Source: Pirellulales bacterium (GTDB lineage: Bacteria > Planctomycetota > Planctomycetia > Pirellulales > JADZDJ01). From it: DNA of 64,000 nt. The stretch covers positions 4,047,744-4,111,743 of the forward strand of contig OY970289.1 in NCBI GenBank assembly GCA_963716135.1. The letters run 5' to 3'. Shown one piece after another: positions 21,263 to 31,495 of this stretch. The notes below the pieces were generated by a model. It was not told where the DNA came from. It worked only from the letters and a program-made list of their open reading frames with translations, and made no database searches. The stretch's first letter is position 1. Every line of letters begins with the position of its first letter. The position numbers were made by a program, and so were the translations under genes.

Positions 21263-21343
21263 GATTTTCTCTCCGGGCCTGCCAGGCGTCGCGCGAATGC
21301 CTGAAAGTTTTGCGATTCGAGTTCAAATCTGCAAGGCCTGGCG

Positions 21344-22420
21344 CTAAGCCCGCCGAACTTTCTCGCCCACGTGATGGCGAATGTAATCGGGCTCGCGCGC
21401 ATTAGTCACGGCGGTGTCGTAGGTGATCTCGCCGCGCTGGTACAGCTCCAATAGAACCTGATCCATCGTTTGCATCTGGCTGCGTCGCCCCATTTGCATC
21501 TCACTGTAAAGCTGGTGCACTTGGCGCTCGCGAATGTGGTTGCGCACGGCGTGGGTGGCGATGCAAACTTCGCAAGCCAGCACCCGCCCCGAGCCGTCGG
21601 CCCGCGGCAGCAGCTTTTGAGCGAGCAAGGCCTGCAGGCTGTTGGCCAGTTGCACCGTAATCGCATTTTGCTGCTCGGCGGGAAACACGCTGTAGATACG
21701 CTGGATAGTTTGAGCCGCATCGGGGGTGTGCAAGGTGGCGATCACCAAATGCCCGGTCTCGGCGGCAATCAGGGCCGTTTCAATGGTGTCCAAATCCCGC
21801 ATTTCACCGATCACGATCACGTCGGGATCTTGCCGGAGAATATGCCTTAGAGCCGCTTGATACGATTTGACGTCGCTGAGCAGCTCTTGCTGAATCACCA
21901 GACTGCGGTTGTTGTCGTGGGCAAATTCGACCGGATCTTCCACCGTGATAATTTTGGCCCGCCGGCTCGAATTGATGGCGTCGATCATGAAGTTCAGGGT
22001 GGTGGTCTTGCCCATTCCGGTCGGCCCGGTGACCAGGATCAAGCCGCTGGGCAGCCGCGTCAGCTCTTCGACAACAGGCGGCAATCCGAGTTCTTCTGCC
22101 GAACGGATTACCGTTTCGCACAGTCGAATCGCGAACTCATTGTCGCCCGCGTGGCGGTAAACGCTGACGCGAAATCGTCCGATCCCCTCGAGATTCCGGG
22201 AGAAGCACAACTGCCAATCGGCCTCGAACTGGCGTCGTTGCCCCTCATCCAACAGCGCATCGTAGAGCTTTTGCAAATCGGATTGCGTGAGCGGAGGTCC
22301 TTCCATCGGCCTGATCTCGCCGGTGACTCGCACCGTCGGCGCCATGCCGCGCACCAAATGCACGTCGCTGGCATGGTGATGGCGGGCGCTCTTCAGGATT
22401 TTTTCGATGGTCCAGGACAT
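21344..22420 (-). CDS. pilT: type IV pilus twitching-motility ATPase PilT
   Basis: HASDVHL..., Walker A GPTGMGKTT, Asp/His boxes (IGEMRD, LVIATLHT) and AHAVRNHIRE. Confidence 0.9.
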   Translation of the reverse strand: MSWTIEKILKSARHHHASDVHLVRGMAPTVRVTGEIRPMEGPPLTQSDLQKLYDALLDEGQRRQFEADWQLCFSRNLEGIGRFRVSVYRHAGDNEFAIRLCETVIRSAEELGLPPVVEELTRLPSGLILVTGPTGMGKTTTLNFMIDAINSSRRAKIITVEDPVEFAHDNNRSLVIQQELLSDVKSYQAALRHILRQDPDVIVIGEMRDLDTIETALIAAETGHLVIATLHTPDAAQTIQRIYSVFPAEQQNAITVQLANSLQALLAQKLLPRADGSGRVLACEVCIATHAVRNHIRERQVHQLYSEMQMGRRSQMQTMDQVLLELYQRGEITYDTAVTNAREPDYIRHHVGEKVRRA

Positions 22421-22439
22421 AATTTTCTGATGAGAAACC

Positions 22440-23216
22440 TTAGCGGCGCGAATCACGCGGCCTCAGCCAACGGCGAACGGTGGTCGTCCATGATTCTTGC
22501 CCCAACTCCGCCAGTCGTTGGCTGGCCTCCTGATGACGGGGACACAGCTCCAAGCATCGGTCATAACTGTTTCGAGCGGAAGTCGTGAACCCTAGTTCCT
22601 GCTGACAACGGCCCAACACCAGCCATCCGTAGTATGCCTGCGACGCCGATTCGACCGCAAGCTGCGCGCGGGCTAGTGCCTTGCTTGGCGAGCGATAGTA
22701 CAAGTAAATCAAGGCCGCCTCCAGGGGCACCAGCCAATCGCGGCTGGCGATTTGCGCCCGGTCGAAGCAATAGCGGTCGCTTTCCTGACGCCCGGCCACC
22801 ATCAATTCGCCGCGCACCATCCAGCAATAGGCGGAATCGCCTCGCTGTTGCATCGCACCGTCGCTGGATTCATGCGCCTTTTGCATGTCGCCCATTCGGC
22901 ACAGCGATTGGGCCCGACCGGAACTCAGATCGCACTGGTTGGGAAAAAGTTCCAACGCCTTGCGGCTCCACAGTTCAGCCTGCGGGAATTCCGCCAGATG
23001 TACCAGCATCTGCACCTGCCCGACCCAGGCCACCACCAACGATTTTTCGATTTCCAGAGCCCGCGAGTAAAATCGCAGCGCATTTTCGTAATTCCCGTTG
23101 CGGCGATGCAGATCGGCTTGCTTCAGCCAGTGCTGCTCGTCCTTGGCCGCAAGATCGACGCCGGGGTCGCGCGGCTTGGGTGTCTCGTCGGGAAATTCAA
23201 GCTTGTCGAATCGCAT
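22440..23216 (-). CDS. TPR-repeat protein
   Basis: 258 aa of TPR-like helical repeats (ALRFYSRALEIEKS..., AELWSRKALELFPNQ...). Confidence 0.65.
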   Translation of the reverse strand: MRFDKLEFPDETPKPRDPGVDLAAKDEQHWLKQADLHRRNGNYENALRFYSRALEIEKSLVVAWVGQVQMLVHLAEFPQAELWSRKALELFPNQCDLSSGRAQSLCRMGDMQKAHESSDGAMQQRGDSAYCWMVRGELMVAGRQESDRYCFDRAQIASRDWLVPLEAALIYLYYRSPSKALARAQLAVESASQAYYGWLVLGRCQQELGFTTSARNSYDRCLELCPRHQEASQRLAELGQESWTTTVRRWLRPRDSRR

Positions 23217-23287
23217 CGATCTGCGTCCGCTTGGTTAGCGGAACCCTCCGCGCGACCAGGGCCAGGATTGGAAAAAGACGACTCCGG

Positions 23288-24205
23288 TCAACCGATTAAT
23301 TGGCACTCGGGCCAGGTGGTGCCAAAGTGCCGGACTGTCGGGAGCAAGATTCGACGGATCCACAAGAACTGAATCGGCAGGAACTTCCAACTTCGAAAAC
23401 AGAGTTTGGCAATCGGGCGATAACTGCGCCGCGCAAGTTTGCCGTCCACGAATAGTTTTCCGTCCTCCCAGGTAAGCGTCTGCCCAGCGACGGCAATCAC
23501 ACGATTAATTCGCATCCCGGCGCGAATGTACCGTCGGCCTTGCATCGTGTCGGCCGAATTATAAAGGACGTATTGCCCGGCCTCGACGTGGCTGGTGGGC
23601 CGGTACCACACGACATCGCCCGGACGAAACGGATCGACATTCCCATTGATCGATAGCGGTGCGGCAATCCGTGAAAGTAATGCCCCGGCGGGAAGATACA
23701 CAAATAGCCCCAGCAGAAAGCTGCATGCCGCGGTGAAAATCAATCGATTGCCAAAAGAATCGAATCTTGGCGCCAGTGCTGTGACAATTGATGCCACATG
23801 AATGGCGAATGCGAGTCCCAACAGAATGCCTCCATACGGTGAGCCCATCAGCAACAGGCCCGATAGTCCACAGACAATGTACCCTGCCAGGTAAATCCAT
23901 CCGATGCCGCGCTGGCCGACATGGATATTCGCCCAGCCCGGCGCCACGGCACGCAGCACCGTGGGAAGCTCAATATTTGCGGCGCCTCGGTCGATCGCCG
24001 GCCAGGGAATTTCCTTAGGGAGCAGATGCCAGAGCTGATTCGCCAGACGCCGCAGTCGCCACCATCCGAACATCGACTTCCCCAGCGCGCTGGCTCTGGG
24101 CGGATGAACGTTGATCGCGATGCTCGATAGCGCCAACATCGCGCCGCAACGGGCGCAGTTGCTGCTTCCAGGCATGTTCTGAAAACTGCAGCTAGGGCAT
24201 TGCAT
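23288..24205 (-). CDS. membrane protein with N-terminal zinc ribbon and C-terminal S26 signal-peptidase-like fold (catalytic residues not evident)
   Basis: MQCPSCSFQNMPGSSNCARCG zinc ribbon, about 4 TM helices, then PGDVVWY...RINRVIAVAGQTLTWEDGKLFVDGK...RHFG...LIG, resembling SPase I boxes. Confidence 0.55.
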   Translation of the reverse strand: MQCPSCSFQNMPGSSNCARCGAMLALSSIAINVHPPRASALGKSMFGWWRLRRLANQLWHLLPKEIPWPAIDRGAANIELPTVLRAVAPGWANIHVGQRGIGWIYLAGYIVCGLSGLLLMGSPYGGILLGLAFAIHVASIVTALAPRFDSFGNRLIFTAACSFLLGLFVYLPAGALLSRIAAPLSINGNVDPFRPGDVVWYRPTSHVEAGQYVLYNSADTMQGRRYIRAGMRINRVIAVAGQTLTWEDGKLFVDGKLARRSYRPIAKLCFRSWKFLPIQFLWIRRILLPTVRHFGTTWPECQLIG

Positions 24206-24211
24206 GGATGG

Positions 24212-24418
24212 TTATGTCCGCCGATGTACGTCTACGTGTTGTCGAACGTCGGATTGAGCTTCGTAGTACTCGCTGGTCAATTGCCGCGATTGTTCCTGGC
24301 CCACGATGCGGGCCACGACTTCCGCCACATCCAAGCAGCGGGATCCTTTGATCCCGATGGTGCGAACCACCACTTTGCCGTCGGGGCCGATTTCGATTTC
24401 CAGTTCTTCTTTTGCCAT
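24212..24418 (-). CDS. DUF2997 family small protein
   Basis: MAKEELEIEIGPDGKVVVRTIGIKGSRCLDVAEVVARIVG...TSEYYE fits the DUF2997 pattern (short protein, GxxGxxC ... SEYY). Confidence 0.7.
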   Translation of the reverse strand: MAKEELEIEIGPDGKVVVRTIGIKGSRCLDVAEVVARIVGQEQSRQLTSEYYEAQSDVRQHVDVHRRT

Positions 24419-24482
24419 GGTTATCGTGTAATTGTGATTTGGTTTTGTTGGTTTTTCGTGAGCACACATCCGCACGAGCCTG

Positions 24483-24953
24483 CTACCAATTCCGAACACG
24501 CAGCCGAACCACGCGATCAGCAGTAACTTCTTCACCGACGACCGTCATGTTTTTCTCTTTCAACTCGCTCACAATTCGGTGGTAGACGAATTGCTGCGTG
24601 ACGCGGCCGATCAACTCTTCGCCCAACTCGCGCAATTGCTGCTTCGACAGCCCTTTGCCCTCCATGCAAACCTTCAGGGCGCCCCGGGCATCCCGGCTGA
24701 ATGTCGCCCGAATGCCGTCCTTTTCAACCACCATTTGTTCGTCGCGGCCTTCCGTGCCGGCCAGAATTTCGCTGTTGTCAACTTCGATGGTTTCCTTTTG
24801 CTTTTCCATCGCGGTAACACTGCCCGACGTCGACGACGAGATCGCCTCCTCAACCGTGGTGAAGCCCATGCTGGCGATTGCAGCGGTAATGGCCGCAGCA
24901 ATCACCGGCCAATGAGCGATCACGATCGGCGTGACCACTAATACGGCACTCAT
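24483..24953 (-). CDS. DUF1257 (Ycf35-like) protein with N-terminal TM segment
   Basis: The C-terminus VTQQFVYHRIVSELKEKNMTVVGEEVTADRVVRLRVRNW matches the DUF1257 C-terminal signature (Q.YAY...G..V.EE...DG.IRL.LRRW). It is adjacent to DUF2997 and an AAA ATPase, as is typical for this family. Confidence 0.6.
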   Translation of the reverse strand: MSAVLVVTPIVIAHWPVIAAAITAAIASMGFTTVEEAISSSTSGSVTAMEKQKETIEVDNSEILAGTEGRDEQMVVEKDGIRATFSRDARGALKVCMEGKGLSKQQLRELGEELIGRVTQQFVYHRIVSELKEKNMTVVGEEVTADRVVRLRVRNW

Positions 24954-25026
24954 GAAACACCTCGCACTGAAAAAATGAAAGCAATGAGAGTTATCAATTC
25001 CTGCCTCAGCTCAACGACTGCGCCGC

Positions 25027-26584
25027 TCATAGTTCGATTTTCCTCCGCACCTCCTGAGCCGCGGTGCTCGTGGTGATCGAAGCTGGTCGAGCGCGCCCGG
25101 TCGCCCAACTTCGCAAGCGCTGCAGCTCTTCGCTCATGGTCCGCGAAAGCGGCACGGTTTCGCGGAGACTAGCTTCCACAATCTCGCTGTTCAGCTTGGC
25201 CTGTTTGCTGAATGCGTCGAACAAGGCCGAGACGACGGCCTCCTCGATCTCCGCGCCGTTGAAACCCTCACTCGCCACCGCCAGCGCCGCCAAATCGAAC
25301 TCGCGCGGATCACGACCGCGCTTGGCGAGATGGATCGCAAATACATCGCGCCGCTCCTGCTCGTTCGGCAGATCGACGAAAAATATTTCGTCCAAGCGAC
25401 CCTTACGCAATAGCTCCGGCGGAAGATGGCTGATGTTGTTCGCCGTGGCGGCCAAAAATACCGGCGCGGTTTTTTCCGAAAGCCACGTCAGCAGCGTGCC
25501 GAACACGCGGGCCGAGGTGCCGCCGTCGCTGCCGCCCGACGCGGTGGCCCCGGCCAAAGCTTTGTCGATTTCATCGCACCACAGGATGCAGGGCGCCACG
25601 CTTTCGGCAATCTGCACGGCTCGCCGCATGTTCTCCTCGCTGGAACCGACCAGACTGCTGAACATCCGGCCGACGTCGAACCGCAACAGCGGCAGCTTCC
25701 ACAAGTTCGCAATCGCCTTGACGCACAAACTCTTCCCGCAGCCTTGAACCCCCAGCAGCATCACGCCGCGCGGCGAAGGCAAACCGAATCGCGCCGCCCG
25801 GTCGGAAAAGGCGATGCTGCGCTTAATCAGCCACTGCTTAAGGTTTTCCAGTCCGGCCACGTGGTTCATTTTTTCCGTGGTCTCGTAATATTCCAGCAGG
25901 CCGCTTTTGCGGATGATTTGCTGCTTCTCGCTGAACACGATGCTCACGTCATCCGAGCTGAGCTTGCCATCCATCACTAGGGTCTTGGCAAACACGTTTT
26001 CGGCTTCCTTCAGCGTCAGGCCCTTGGCGGCATTGAGCAATCGTTCCCGGCCATCCGAGTCCATGTCGATTGTAATCTTGGCCTTGCCCTGCACGTCTTC
26101 GATGATGCGATCCAACAGCACTCCGAAATCCTCAACCGAGGGCAATCCGAAATCGATCACTGTCACGTCCTTGCTCAACTCCGGAGCGATCTGCATCAGC
26201 GGACTGGAGATGACGATCGTTTTATAAGTGTCGCGCAGCAGGTGCGCCGCGTCGCGCAACCGGCGGATCACCGTCAGGTTGCAACGTTCGCCTTCCGTAA
26301 AGGGGTGAAAGTCTTTGAACAGATAAATCGCCGGCTCCATTTGCGCCAACACCGCGTCGAGCGCCGCCAGCGGGTCCGACGTGTTGCTGCTGCCCATCTT
26401 GTTGCGCGACGGTTCGGTGCCGGCCTTCACAATGCCATCGGTGATCGTCCAAATGAAAAGATTCTTTTCCCGCCGCTGGGCGATCTCGCGCAAGCATCGC
26501 TCCAGCCGCTCTTCTTCCCAAGTCGTTACGTAGATAATCGGGTATCGCGCGGATCAGGATTTCCAATTCCTGCCAGGCCGACAT
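25027..26584 (-). CDS. AAA+ ATPase (Ycf46/CDC48-like single AAA module), apparent 1-nt frameshift near 26548
   Basis: Walker A GVQGCGKS, Walker B ILWCDEID, sensor/Arg-finger region. The N-terminal MSAWQELEILIRA is in another frame (ORF 26222..26584) and joins to RYPIIYVTTWEEERLERCLREIAQRREKNLFIW when one base is restored. Confidence 0.85.
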
Positions 26585-26680
26585 TCGCTGTGGCGTCTTT
26601 GGCGCGGCCTTTGTCGGTTTGCTCGCAGCCGGCTTGACTGGGGCGGGGCGCCCACGTTGGTCGCTTGGGCAGGCGAAGCG

Positions 26681-26902
26681 TCACTCATGGCTGTTGTTCC
26701 TCTGCGATGCCTGGGCATGCACGGCCGCTGCGGGCACTGACGTCTGCCGCTGAATTTGCTCGTGCCGCAACTGGACGGCTTGATTGTCGCTGAACAATCT
26801 GCTCAGAATCTCCAGCATCTCCGCCGAAGCGCCGAATAAATAGATTCGGCCATCCGGTGCGATCTCCAGTTCGGTCAGCTTGTTTTCATCGACCAGCGAC
26901 AT
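26681..26902 (-). CDS. small hypothetical protein
   Basis: 73 aa from MSLVDENKLTELEIAPDGRIYLF. It sits tightly between the radical SAM and AAA genes. No family recognised. Confidence 0.4.
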   Translation of the reverse strand: MSLVDENKLTELEIAPDGRIYLFGASAEMLEILSRLFSDNQAVQLRHEQIQRQTSVPAAAVHAQASQRNNSHE

Positions 26903-26909
26903 GGCGCCC

Positions 26910-27737
26910 TCACACAATCACACATAAGCCTTCGGTCGCGGCAAACTCTCTCGCCTGCGAACCGGCGTCGGCAGGCAGGTATTGGGCCAGATCGGCGTGA
27001 TGGTGCGCCAACCAGCGCGGCAAATAACCGTCGCGAATGCTGAACTTCGTTTGCGGCAGATGTTCGTGCATCCAGGCAACGATCGGTCGGAAGCAGCAAT
27101 CTCGATGTCCCGGCAGCAACAAGTGCCGCACGATCAGGTTGCCCTGGCCGGCGGCGATCTGCAAATTTCGCGTGATCACTTCCAGATAATTGGGAACTCC
27201 GGCGATGCGCTCCGCGCATTGGTTGTTTCCGAACTTGAAATCGGCGACGTAGATATCGGCGACTCCCGCCAACAATTCCAGCGCCACCGGCGTGCCGTAA
27301 AAATCCGATTTCCAAATCACCGGCGGCAAATCGTCGCAACCATGCATCGCCTCGAGGATAGCCGGCAGGTGGATCGTAGGCTCGCCGCCGACCCATTGGA
27401 TATTCCGCGCTCCACGCTGCCGCCCCCATTTCACTGCTTCATTCAAAAAGCTTGCGGTCAATGGCTGGCCAATTTGCGGATTGAATGCCCGCTGCTCCGC
27501 GATGCAGAACGCGCACCGCAGATCACATCCCGACAAATAAAACAGATGCGAGGGGATCAGCTCCACCTCTTCGCCCACCTCGATCCGGTGGCGGTACACC
27601 CGGGCCTGAGCGTCGGCTTTGCAGAAGCCGCGCTCGCCCGCGGCCCGATCTACGCCACAGTCGTGTTCGCAAAGGCGGCAGCATCGATACTGCTGTTGTG
27701 CCAGCGCAAGACGTTCGTCTTCGACGACCTGCCGCAT
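26910..27737 (-). CDS. radical SAM protein (PflX/COG1313-like activase family)
   Basis: CRLCEHDCGVDRAAGERGFCK N-terminal Cys motif followed by the radical SAM CxxxCxxC (GCDLRCAFCIAEQ). The start is placed at the MRQVVEDERL Met. Confidence 0.8.
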   Translation of the reverse strand: MRQVVEDERLALAQQQYRCCRLCEHDCGVDRAAGERGFCKADAQARVYRHRIEVGEEVELIPSHLFYLSGCDLRCAFCIAEQRAFNPQIGQPLTASFLNEAVKWGRQRGARNIQWVGGEPTIHLPAILEAMHGCDDLPPVIWKSDFYGTPVALELLAGVADIYVADFKFGNNQCAERIAGVPNYLEVITRNLQIAAGQGNLIVRHLLLPGHRDCCFRPIVAWMHEHLPQTKFSIRDGYLPRWLAHHHADLAQYLPADAGSQAREFAATEGLCVIV

Positions 27738-27979
27738 GATGGCTGCCTCCGCCCTCAAAGAAGAGCCTGTTCCCGAAGAACACCTTGATCGTATCAAATA
27801 TGTTGCCCGCAAGCAAAAATCGGCATGAAGCGCCTCAAGGCCCTGAAACGGTGGACGCCGGGGCTCCCGAGATCCAGGGATTGCCGGCGCACGTAGAAAA
27901 TCGCCCAAAGCGTGGTTTCGAGTCGCCTGAGACTCTTGAGATTCTCCCTTCGGTACGTTGAAATGCTTCCAGTACTCGA

Positions 27980-29867
27980 ATGGCACCTCTGGTCCGGGAA
28001 TTAGTTGTGGCACGACTGCCTGGTTGGCTCGCTCGACTCGAATTGAAGACGACCGGCAAATGGTTCTTGCTTTCCGGCCTGATCGGAATCGTGGCAGGCT
28101 TGGGAGCCATTTTCTTCCAGTTGGCAATTCAGGTGGTCGTTCACTACGCGCTGGGTGAAATGGCCGGCTACGTGCCCAGCGAAACCGCCGGCGAACGCAG
28201 CGTCTTCGAGGCCGGCGCGACCACGCCGTTTCGTCCCTGGATGATCCTGGTGGTGATGGTTGTCGGTGGCGCGGCGTCAGGATTTTTGGTGTATGCCTTC
28301 GCTCCCGAAGCCGAAGGACACGGCACGGATGCCGCCATCGACGCGTATCACAATCATCGCGGCTATATCCGGCCGCAAGTGCCGATCATCAAGACGCTCG
28401 CCTCTGCCATTACCCTGGGAACCGGCGGCTCCGGCGGTCGCGAGGGTCCGATTGCGCAAATCGGCGCTGGATTCGGTTCCTTTCTCGCCACACGACTAAA
28501 GCTTCCGCGCGCGATCGCCGGATCATGTTGGCCGCTGGAATGGGCGCCGGCATCGGCGCCATTTTCCGCGCGCCGCTGGCCGGCGCATTGTTCGCCGCCG
28601 AAATTCTCTATAGCACCGCAGATCTGGAAAGCGAGGTGCTGCTGCCAAGCGCCATCGCCTCGATCATTGCCTACAGTGTTTACGAACTGTGCCTGCCGGT
28701 GAATTTCCGTTTCGTGCCGGTATTCGGCAACAAATTAAACTATGCCATTTCCTCACCGCTGGAGCTTTTACCCCTGTTTTTGCTGGCGGTCATCCTGACG
28801 CTGGCCGCCATCGGTTTTGTCGAGTCGTTCTACGGAACGCATCGTCTGTTCAAAAAGCTGCCGATCTCGCGCTATTTGTGCCCTCCCATCGGCGCCGGTC
28901 TGGCCGGAATTGTCGCATTGATCCTGTACCTTCTCACCGGTTTCGATTCTGCGCGCTGGCGGTGTTATCCACCGGCCATGGCGCGCTACAATCAGCCATT
29001 CAAGATCCAGCTCAACTGGGAGTTCCCCTTTTGCTGGTCATCGGGCTGGGAAAACTGATCGCCACCTCGTTGACGATTGGCTCCGGCGGCTCCGGAGGCG
29101 TGTTCGGCCCCTCGGTTTTGATCGGCGGTTGCACGGGCGCAGCGGTCGGACAAATCTTCCACGGCCTCTGGCCCTCCGCGGTGCCCAATCCAGAGGCCTA
29201 CGGCATTGTCGGCATGGCAGGCTTCTTTGCCGGCAGCGCCCACGCGCCGATTTCCACCATCATCATGGTTTCGGAAATGACGGGCGATTATCAGCTATTG
29301 TTGCCCACGATGTGGGTTTCGGCATTGTGTTTTTTGTTTTGTCGGCGCTGGAAGCTGTACCACCGGCAGGTGCCCACGCGCTTGGATTCGCCGGCCCACC
29401 GCGGCGATTTCATCGTCGACGTGCTGGAAGGCTTGCACGTGCGCGACGTGCCGCCCAACGCCCGGCCTTTGCTCCGAATTCCTCAAGCAATGCCTTTGCG
29501 CCAAATCCTGCAAACGGTGGCCGATACGCGGCAGCAATATTTTCCGGTCGTCGATGACGAAGGCCGAATGATCGGCATCTTTTCGACTGACGACGTCCGG
29601 GCATTCCTCTACGATGACGCCATTTGGGCCCTCACCGTGGCGCGCGACGTGATGACGTCGAAGTTGGTGACGGTCACGCCCGACGACGACCTCAACACGG
29701 CGCTCACCCGATTCACGCAACTCAATTTGGATGAATTGCCGATTGTCGATTCACAAGACCGCGCACGCCTGCTGGGAATGTTGCGGCGAAAAGACACCAT
29801 CTCGCTGTATAATCGGCGGGTGATGGAGCACAAAACCGCCGCCTCGGAGTCGCACGAAGACTCTTGA
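27980..29867 (+). CDS. ClC-family chloride channel/antiporter with C-terminal CBS pair; two apparent 1-nt frameshifts near 28503 and 28950
   Basis: GSGGREGP, GIGAIFRAPLAGALFAAE and GSGGSGGVFGPS selectivity-filter motifs are spread over three listed ORFs (27980.., 28525.., 28689..). The CBS region covers IPQAMPLRQIL...FPVVDDEGRMIGIFS...LPIVDSQDRARLLGML. Confidence 0.85.
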
Positions 29868-30011
29868 GCCAGCATGAATTGCTGTGCGCGGCGCCATGTC
29901 GGCCCCATGGCCGGCACATCCGTTTCATCCGCCGCGGCGATCACCGGCTGCCGTCGCTTTCCGCCTGCGAATGCCAATGTGCGATGCCGCGAAAATGCTC
30001 CCAACCACAAA

Positions 30012-30085
30012 TGGGCGGCACTGGACTCGAACCAGTGACCCCTACCGTGTGAGGATAGTGCTCTAACCAACTGAGCTAGCCGCCC
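30012..30085 (-). tRNA. tRNA-Val (anticodon CAC)
   Basis: Cloverleaf by eye: acceptor GGGCGGC/GCCGCCC, D-arm GCTCAGTTGGTTAGAGC, anticodon arm CTATC-CTCACAC-GGTAG, T-arm ACTGGTTCGAGTCCAGT. No encoded CCA. Confidence 0.9.
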
Positions 30086-30264
30086 GGCGTAATCTTCTAG
30101 AATACGAATTCTCGCAAATGCGAATAGAGGCTGCGAGGATAAATTACGGAACTCCGCGCCGCAAGTGGGGCAGCTTCCGCTGGCGGCACGCCTCTTGCAT
30201 CGACACGCGACATGCATTTTCGATGCGTCTTGAATGCATTTTGTCCTCTTACAAGGAGCCGATC

Positions 30265-30575
30265 ATGCGTTATTTGCCACTTTGGGCCGTTTGCGGTGCA
30301 CTGCTGCTTGCAGGCTGCGAGTCGCAATCGACCAGCCCGACCGGAAATCGACCGGCGCAACCCCACACACCGTGAACAAGCCCGCGACCAACGACCAATT
30401 GCCAAATCAAGCGACGCCGCCTGCTACGCCTGGCCAACCGTCCACACCAGGCGCGCCTGGACCAATGGAACCAGCAGCAGGAGCCGTTCCGCCCAGCGGA
30501 ACATCCCCAGCGGCAAGTTCGCCAAGCGGCAGCAACACGATGCCAGCCGAGACAGATACGTCGCGCAATAAATAG
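30265..30575 (+). CDS. Pro/Ser/Thr-rich lipoprotein, apparent 1-nt frameshift near 30371
   Basis: AAGGAG RBS, then MRYLPLWAVCGALLLAGCES lipobox. The low-complexity tail continues in ORF 30234..30575. Confidence 0.55.
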
Positions 30576-30619
30576 CGACGCAAGTGGCGCAAGAATTTGA
30601 AACTCACACGGCAGCCGAC

Positions 30620-30913
30620 CTACGGCGTGGAATGCTCGCCGGGGTTTGGCTCCGAGGTGGGCGCGGACGTCGGCGGCTGGAATTGCGGAACGGCGGGCTC
30701 TTCGCTCTTTGGCTGCTGCGCGATGCGCGTATCAGGAAGTCGAGTCGCCGATTCGATCTGGTCTTCGATGTCGCGCATCCCTTTCTTGAATTCCGTCAGA
30801 CCCTGTCCCAGCGCGCGCATCACTTGCGGCAACCGGTCGCCGAACAGCAGCACCGCCAGCACCGCGATGATCGCCATATCCATCGGGCTCATGAATGAAG
30901 CCAAGATGGGCAT
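30620..30913 (-). CDS. tatA: twin-arginine translocase TatA/E family subunit
   Basis: MDMAIIAVLAVLLFGDRLPQVMRALGQGLTEFKKGMRD: TM helix, FG hinge and amphipathic helix. Confidence 0.8.
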   Translation of the reverse strand: MPILASFMSPMDMAIIAVLAVLLFGDRLPQVMRALGQGLTEFKKGMRDIEDQIESATRLPDTRIAQQPKSEEPAVPQFQPPTSAPTSEPNPGEHSTP

Positions 30914-30985
30914 GGTGGCGATCCTTCTGTGTTGACGCACAATCCCGGCCTAAGGGCCGGTGCTAAACCAAGATGCAGACGATTG

Positions 30986-31183
30986 TTACTCCGGCTTCTT
31001 TTCCGTCGAGGCCGGTTCGTCTTTCTTGTCTTCGATGCCCTGAATTCCCTTTTTGAATTCCACAACCCCTTCGCCCAAGGAACGCATTACGCTCGGCAGC
31101 CGATTGCCGAACAGCAACAGGATGACAAAGGCGATGATCAGCAGATCGGGGGTGGAACCAAAAAAGCCGAATACGGGAACCAT
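30986..31183 (-). CDS. tatA: twin-arginine translocase TatA/E family subunit
   Basis: MVPVFGFFGSTPDLLIIAFVILLLFGNRLPSVMRSLGEGVVEFKKGIQG. Confidence 0.85.
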   Translation of the reverse strand: MVPVFGFFGSTPDLLIIAFVILLLFGNRLPSVMRSLGEGVVEFKKGIQGIEDKKDEPASTEKKPE

Positions 31184-31495
31184 GGAAAGCTCAGTTTGTT
31201 GTGGCGGGATCGGCCGGGGGGCGCAGAACAATCGCTCACTGGTACCGCGCGTTGCCGGTCTCTCGTCCGAGCGTTGCAATTGCGCCGAATTTTGCGCTCC
31301 TGCCGGCTGCAAGAATCTACCTTATTTTACTGGGCTGGGTGGGGATGTCAAACTGACAGAGGCCGGGGTTTCACGGCGGATAACCGTTACGGCGGTTACA
31401 CTTGGAACCGCGCGGCCTACCTCCTGGGGTGGCACTGACAAGCGCCTCGCTTGTCAGTGGAGCGCAGCGATTATCCCTTAACTCTCTTGCATGCT

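Noticed and set aside
21263-21343. Molybdenum-cofactor riboswitch upstream of mop.
   Set aside because: Only about 80 nt is available. I could not recognise the conserved Moco-riboswitch core, only a generic GCCAGGC/GCCTGGC stem.
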